In this document: piece by piece, positions 59,176 through 64,000 of the stretch
Layout: the number at the start of each line of letters is the position of its first letter
Position numbering within the stretch: position 1 is the first letter of the stretch
Assembly: GCA_046344715.1 (NCBI GenBank)
Contig: JBKDKX010000015.1
Location: 10,690 to 74,689 of the forward strand
DNA: 64,000 nucleotides
Reading direction: 5' to 3'
Source of the DNA: Alphaproteobacteria bacterium
GTDB lineage: Bacteria; Pseudomonadota; Alphaproteobacteria; Rickettsiales; SXRF01
Made by a program: the position numbers and the translations under genes
Notes under the pieces: model-generated
Told to the model about the DNA's origin: nothing
The model's input: only the letters and a program-made list of their open reading frames with translations
Databases searched by the model: none

Positions 59176-59870
59176 ATAGTCGTTTCCTCCAGCCGATAGC
59201 CGATTCCTGGTTCGTTAATGATAAATTGGTCACGTGCTGGGTCTTTCTCAAGTTTCTGGCGAAGTTGTGCGATGTAGATTCGAAGATATTGATTGTCATC
59301 GTTATAGGCTTCGCCCCATACCTGCTGCATCAAATATTTGTGGGTAAGTAGTTTGCCTGCGTTCATCGCCAGCACTTTCAGCAGGTTAAATTCCTTAGGC
59401 GAAAGTTTGATACGCTCACCACGTAGCGAAACAATCCGTTTCATGAGATCAATATGTAAATCGCCGATGGTAATGGTGGTTTCTTCTGCCTCTGCAACAA
59501 TGGCATCACGCAAAGCCGCGCGAAGCCGCGCCAGAAGTTCGCCTGTGCCGAAAGGTTTGGTGACATAATCATTAGCCCCTAAGTCAAAGGCTTTTACTTT
59601 TTCTTCCTCTCCGTTACGTACGGACAAAACAATAATAGGTAACTTGGCCCATTCACGAATGGAATGAATGACTTCGGTACCATCCATATCCGGCAACCCT
59701 AAATCCAGAAGCACCGCATCAGGCTTAATCGAGGTGGCAAGGCGAATACCTTCATTGCCTGTTTCAGCGGGGATGACGGCGTAATCATGTGAAGTAAGTG
59801 TGATAGTTAGGAATTTCCGTATTTGCGGATCATCCTCAATCACCAGTATTTTGGGTTGCGTGGTTCTCAT
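59172..59870 (-). CDS. kdpE: KdpE-like response regulator
   Basis: LDLGLPDMDG, YLRIYIAQLRQKLE.DP, EPGIGYR. Confidence 0.88.
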   Translation of the reverse strand: MRTTQPKILVIEDDPQIRKFLTITLTSHDYAVIPAETGNEGIRLATSIKPDAVLLDLGLPDMDGTEVIHSIREWAKLPIIVLSVRNGEEEKVKAFDLGANDYVTKPFGTGELLARLRAALRDAIVAEAEETTITIGDLHIDLMKRIVSLRGERIKLSPKEFNLLKVLAMNAGKLLTHKYLMQQVWGEAYNDDNQYLRIYIAQLRQKLEKDPARDQFIINEPGIGYRLEETTI

Positions 59871-60643
59871 GAGTCAACTTCTTCTGTTTCTTGTTCAATA
59901 TCTATAGGGATTAGCACCTCTTTTGGTAAGGCAATCCGTACACAAGCACCTTTGCCATCATGTGGATCAATGGCAGAAATCGTACCGCCATGCGCCTCAA
60001 TAATACTACGGCAAATATATAGTCCAAGACCCGTTCCGGCAATTTTACGGTCACCGTGCTTGGAGCGGTAAAATTTCACGAAAATCGCTTCACGTTCTGA
60101 TTCTGGAATGCCTTCACCGTCATCGTCGATGTCTATCGTTGCGCCATTTTCATTAAAAGATGCAATGACTTTTACCTCCCCCTCGGAAGGACCATATTTG
60201 ATCGCGTTTTCCAGAAGATTCAGGAAAACCAGTTCCATGAGTGCTGAATTCACATTGAGTATAGGGAAACTCCGTTCTGTGTGAATGGAGAAACGCTGTT
60301 TGCCAATCAGCGGATGCAGAGATTTAAGAGCACTTGCCAATATATCGCGTAAGACCACCGGCTCTTTGCGTATGGTTTCCAATCCTGATTCAAGGCGGCT
60401 GATTTCCATCAGGTTATTGATGAAACGATTAAGCTTTTGGGCTTCTTCTAGTGCACCTGCCACCACCTCGCGGCTTTCGAAATGTTGCTGTATATGTTCC
60501 ATGTCCTTCAGGGAGCTGAGTGCGCCAATGACTGTAACCAATGGTGTTTTAAAGTCATGCGATACGGAAGAAAGCAGAGCGGAGAGGAACTTTTCCCGCT
60601 CTGCTTCTTGAATTTTTCTTTCCTGTTCTTTTTCTGGGGTCAT
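59867..60643 (-). CDS. KdpD-like histidine kinase core without sensor domains
   Basis: ALLSSVSHDFKTPL, NLLENAIKY, GTGLGL; no TM segment. Confidence 0.85.
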   Translation of the reverse strand: MTPEKEQERKIQEAEREKFLSALLSSVSHDFKTPLVTVIGALSSLKDMEHIQQHFESREVVAGALEEAQKLNRFINNLMEISRLESGLETIRKEPVVLRDILASALKSLHPLIGKQRFSIHTERSFPILNVNSALMELVFLNLLENAIKYGPSEGEVKVIASFNENGATIDIDDDGEGIPESEREAIFVKFYRSKHGDRKIAGTGLGLYICRSIIEAHGGTISAIDPHDGKGACVRIALPKEVLIPIDIEQETEEVDS

Positions 60644-60925
60644 GCGGCGGCCTTGTTATTGTTTTTTATCGATATTATACTCTGAGTCGCCATTTGGCGA
60701 GCGTTATTCATCCGCCCTGAGTTCAGTTTAGGAGTGTATGCCAATACGTGCCAAATCGCTGTAATGACAGGATATTAACTGTGTCTAAAACGCGTAGTCG
60801 CGTTGTAAAAATTCTGTATATGTGCGTTTACTCTTTTTCAGCAGCTTTTGGTTCCAGTCGGTACAGATTTTCTACGACCAGGCTTGTTATATTCACCTCA
60901 AGTTTAAGAGCAAAAAGGAGGTAGC

Positions 60926-61096
60926 ATGAATGACCAAGACTCATACGGTTTGTACTGCGCGATGTTGCTACAAGAATACCAGCAGCATGGAACTGCCCTA
61001 AACGGCATTGATCCATCCATTGTGGACGCATGCCAACATTATCTGGATGCAAGCAGTCAAAGTTACCACGAAAACAACAAGGAGGGGTATTTATGA
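60926..61096 (+). CDS. 56-aa protein (not in ORF track)
   Basis: AGGAGGT RBS; MNDQDSYGLYCAMLL...; ATGA overlap with next gene. Confidence 0.6.
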   Translation: MNDQDSYGLYCAMLLQEYQQHGTALNGIDPSIVDACQHYLDASSQSYHENNKEGYL

Positions 61097-61377
61097 AATG
61101 CGTGAAAAGTTTTAGCCGTTCGGTACGTCAGGAAATTAACCGGATTTCTGTCTCGCTCAAACAGATGGAATTCCGAATCCTGCGTATGCGGGGATTTCTT
61201 AAACGAAAATTGCGTGAAGAAATACAGGAACTAAAGCGCATGAAAGACGCTATTCTCCGCAGGCTATCGGAGCTTACGGCAGAGGCGCGTCTGCATATGC
61301 CTACCATGCAATCTATCCGCGATGACATTGCAATGCTGCATGAACGTTGCCGTAAACTGAAAACACAACATTTATAG
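61093..61377 (+). CDS. small basic coiled-coil protein
   Basis: GGAGG RBS before MKCVKSF. Confidence 0.55.
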   Translation: MKCVKSFSRSVRQEINRISVSLKQMEFRILRMRGFLKRKLREEIQELKRMKDAILRRLSELTAEARLHMPTMQSIRDDIAMLHERCRKLKTQHL

Positions 61378-61386
61378 GCGGCTAAC

Positions 61387-61614
61387 ATGATTCTGCCTCT
61401 GGGATACATATCACCGGACACTGGATACCAGTTCCCGAATTTTTACGGGATTGGCTACGGTGTTGGTGGACGTATCGCGCCGAGGCAACCGGTGGTGGGC
61501 GCGCTGCCACCGGTTAGATCGGAAGTAAGAGATATGGTGTCGTTAAGCCCTGCCGCCCAGCGGATTCTTGATCAGGCAGAGCGATTGAACAAAATGAGTA
61601 CAGGAGAGGAGTAA
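61387..61614 (+). CDS. small hypothetical protein
   Basis: Operon spacing; C-terminal DMVSLSPAA. Confidence 0.5.
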   Translation: MILPLGYISPDTGYQFPNFYGIGYGVGGRIAPRQPVVGALPPVRSEVRDMVSLSPAAQRILDQAERLNKMSTGEE

Positions 61615-61617
61615 CCT

Positions 61618-61836
61618 ATGACAGCCATTAACTGTCCCGTATGCCATGCGCCGTTCCAAGAAATCGTTAAAGAAAGCGTGCTGATAGACGTATGCACAGA
61701 ATGCCGTGGAATATGGCTTGATCGTGGCGAACTGGACAAATTACTCGACATCGCGCACGAAAAGAACGAGCATCAAGTCGCCCGTTGGTTTGATGATGAC
61801 AATTATTATCCTAAAGGTAATAAAAAAAGAAATTAA
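61618..61836 (+). CDS. zinc-ribbon (zf-TFIIB-like) protein
   Basis: CPVC..IDVCTECRGIWLDRGELDKL. Confidence 0.88.
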   Translation: MTAINCPVCHAPFQEIVKESVLIDVCTECRGIWLDRGELDKLLDIAHEKNEHQVARWFDDDNYYPKGNKKRN

Positions 61837-61855
61837 TACAAAAGGAACTCATTAA

Positions 61856-62839
61856 ATGGAATTTCTCTTTGATGTCGTGATGGGTAAGCCCATCTGGATG
61901 TGGGCTACTTTCATGAGCATCGTTGGTGTTCTGCTTGCATTTGATTTAGGTGTACTTCATCGCAAGCAGCGCGAAATAAGCATCAAAGAGAGTCTTTGGC
62001 TCAGTACATTTTATATCGCTATTGCACTCGCCTTCGGTGCATGGGTGTGGCAAAGCCTCGGCGCGCAAAGTGGCAAAGAATATTTGACCGGATTCATCGT
62101 CGAGAAAACGCTGGCGATGGACAATGTGTTCATTATTTCGTTGATTTTTACCTATTTCGCCATTCCGCATAAATATCAACATCGCGTACTTTTCTGGGGC
62201 ATTCTCGGCGTGATAGTACTTCGTGCTATTATGATAGGGCTCGGCGCAACGCTGGTTTCCGAGTTTAGCTGGATTCTTTATATTTTCGCCGCATTCCTGA
62301 TTATTACCGGCGTCAAAATGCTCTGTATTGGGGATAAGCTGCCGAATATAGAAGATAATCCGCTATTGAAATTCCTACGCCGCAACATGCGTGTGACCAA
62401 CGAGCTGCATGGGCAGAAATTCACCGTGCAACTGGTAGATCAAAATACGGGTAAAAAAGCGATATACATGACGCCACTCATGGTTGCACTTATATTAATC
62501 GAGTTCGTTGACCTGATTTTTGCCGTAGATAGCGTTCCCGCCATTTTTACCATCACGCTTGACCCGTATATTGTTTATACGAGCAATATCTTTGCTATTC
62601 TTGGGTTGCGCGCGCTTTATTTCGCGTTGGCGGCGATTATTCACCGCTTTAAGTACCTCAAGACTGCGTTGGCATGGGTGCTTATTTTCATCGGTTCAAA
62701 AACCTTCATCGCTGATGCGCTGGATATGGAAAAGTTCCCCGCCAACATTTCACTGGGCGTCACCTTCGCTATTATATTAGCCGGTGTGCTAGTATCTCTC
62801 TATAAAACCCGAAACAACAAAACGATAACAACCCACTAA
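61856..62839 (+). CDS. TerC/Alx family membrane protein
   Basis: EKTLAMDNVF, QHRVLFWGILG, DLIFAVDSVPA, NIFAILGLRALYF. Confidence 0.94.
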   Translation: MEFLFDVVMGKPIWMWATFMSIVGVLLAFDLGVLHRKQREISIKESLWLSTFYIAIALAFGAWVWQSLGAQSGKEYLTGFIVEKTLAMDNVFIISLIFTYFAIPHKYQHRVLFWGILGVIVLRAIMIGLGATLVSEFSWILYIFAAFLIITGVKMLCIGDKLPNIEDNPLLKFLRRNMRVTNELHGQKFTVQLVDQNTGKKAIYMTPLMVALILIEFVDLIFAVDSVPAIFTITLDPYIVYTSNIFAILGLRALYFALAAIIHRFKYLKTALAWVLIFIGSKTFIADALDMEKFPANISLGVTFAIILAGVLVSLYKTRNNKTITTH

Positions 62840-62861
62840 CACCCAATATAAGGAGAATCTT

Positions 62862-63608
62862 ATGTTAGACGCTAAAAACTTACTTGCTAATATCGATACA
62901 AACGGCCTGGTCGGCAAAATGCTCGGCGGTATGGCAACCAAAAATTTCGCTGCCGGATTGCTGACTGGTGGTGTTGCAACCTCGCTGCTTGGTGGTGGCA
63001 AAGACACGGTAGAAACTGTGGCAAAAGTCGGTGGTCTTGCCTTACTGGGCACTCTCGCTTACAAAGCTTTCGGAAATTATCAGGAACAGAAAGCGGCAGG
63101 AGGCAATGCCAGCGTTGTTAATGCGGTGAAAATCTCTGCTACAGGCATGGCAACACAGGCGAGCAGCATCGTCTCTGGCCTGCTTGCGGGGGGAAATCAG
63201 GCGCAAAATCTGCCTTTGGCCGCGCCTGCCGCCCCTGCCAATGCTGATCTCCCGCTTGCTATTATCCGCGCTATGATTGGTGCAGCCAAGGCGGATGGGC
63301 ATATGGATGCGGCCGAAAGCCAGAAAATCATCGGTCAATTAGAATCTGTTGGCATCGGCACTCAGGAAAAGGCTCTGTTAATGCAGGAAATGGCCAATAC
63401 ACAGGATGTACAAAACATCGCGGCGGCCGCAAAAACACCACAGGAAGCCGCACAACTTTATCTTGCTGCCTTGTTGGTATGTGACAGCCAGTGCGCGGCA
63501 GAACAGCAATATCTTGCATCACTTGCATCGTCCTTGAAACTAGAACCGGCCTTCACCGCAAGTTTACAACAAGAATTACTCGCTATGTCCCAGCAAAAAG
63601 CTGCTTAA
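62862..63608 (+). CDS. DUF533 (TerB-like) protein
   Basis: GGLALLG.LAYKA, RAMIGAAKADGH.D..E, E.QYL..LA. Confidence 0.88.
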   Translation: MLDAKNLLANIDTNGLVGKMLGGMATKNFAAGLLTGGVATSLLGGGKDTVETVAKVGGLALLGTLAYKAFGNYQEQKAAGGNASVVNAVKISATGMATQASSIVSGLLAGGNQAQNLPLAAPAAPANADLPLAIIRAMIGAAKADGHMDAAESQKIIGQLESVGIGTQEKALLMQEMANTQDVQNIAAAAKTPQEAAQLYLAALLVCDSQCAAEQQYLASLASSLKLEPAFTASLQQELLAMSQQKAA

Positions 63609-63615
63609 TCTGTCG

Positions 63616-64000
63616 ATGAAGAAAAATAACGTAAGAACGTTCGTGGAGGCTTCGTGGTTTACCAAAACCATTATGACCCTCATCATCATCAACGCCGTGA
63701 TTCTGGGGATGGAAACATACTCTGGGGTCATGGCGGTGTATGGCAGCACGCTCAAAGCTATCGATCACGCAATACTTTGGGTTTTCGTCGTTGAGCTGGG
63801 GTTGCGTCTAGCCGCATACCGCTTGAGCTTTTTCCGTGACCCTTGGAGCTTATTTGATACAGCCGTCGTCGCCATCGCCTTCATGCCTGCTAATGAAGCA
63901 TTTGCTGTACTGCGGGCTGCCAGAGTGTTGCGCGTCTTACGGCTGATCTCCATATTCCCACGGTTGAAGCGTGTGGTGGAAGGGCTGATAACTGCCATTC
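63616..64000 (+). CDS. voltage-gated ion channel (BacNav-like), 3' end outside window
   Basis: INAVILGMET, FVVEL.LR, FFRDPWSLFD, S4 segment LRAARVLRVLRL. Confidence 0.9.
   Translation, partial: MKKNNVRTFVEASWFTKTIMTLIIINAVILGMETYSGVMAVYGSTLKAIDHAILWVFVVELGLRLAAYRLSFFRDPWSLFDTAVVAIAFMPANEAFAVLRAARVLRVLRLISIFPRLKRVVEGLITAI

Noticed and set aside
60644-61856. yybP-ykoY riboswitch upstream of the TerC/Alx gene
   Set aside because: Could not recognise the consensus; space is occupied by small ORFs; needs an Infernal search
196-63998. Numerous short antisense or overlapping ORFs in the track (e.g. 4117-4698, 11493-12110, 19406-20116, 40246-41046, 63765-63998)
   Set aside because: Shadows of well-supported genes on the opposite strand or frame, with no motifs
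1-64000. CRISPR array or cas genes
   Set aside because: No regularly spaced repeat-spacer array and no Cas motifs seen

Overview
64-kb chromosomal window from an alphaproteobacterium (MipZ, alpha-type tRNA-fMet, Rickettsiales-like LRR/Sel1 proteins). Bases 1-13.9 kb are core genome: thiL-nusB-ribH-ribB-ribE-ribD-lipoprotein-nrdR-glyA-rpiB, TauE, mipZ, a DnaJ-domain gene, murJ and cutA, with interspersed palindromic repeats. A decayed island follows tRNA-Gln (about 13.95-24.1 kb): HEPN gene, a 5'-truncated serine recombinase joined to a helicase fragment, cbpM, and a DUF302-phaB-phaC-P1B ATPase-cytochrome b cluster with a FixK-type box. A second integrated element sits at tRNA-fMet (25850-39241, 13-bp att repeat). 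It carries a large serine integrase whose C-terminus is read off the tRNA antisense strand, a frameshifted primase-helicase, an FseA-like regulator, a controller-like HTH, GIY-YIG/C5-MTase/HNH genes, a nucleotidyltransferase-like + DUF262 pair and a 982-aa Sel1 protein. Its right end encodes an in-frame alternative integrase C-terminal tail, present in two diverged, codon-conserved copies. Bases 39.3-64 kb hold a phosphorelay cluster, oxidative/electrophile stress genes (trHb, Gpx, NemA, KefB/C, a furan-fatty-acid-type operon, Dps, SOUL), SbtA, a sensorless KdpDE-like pair and a TerC/DUF533/voltage-gated channel operon. All family calls come from motif recognition by eye; no searches were run.
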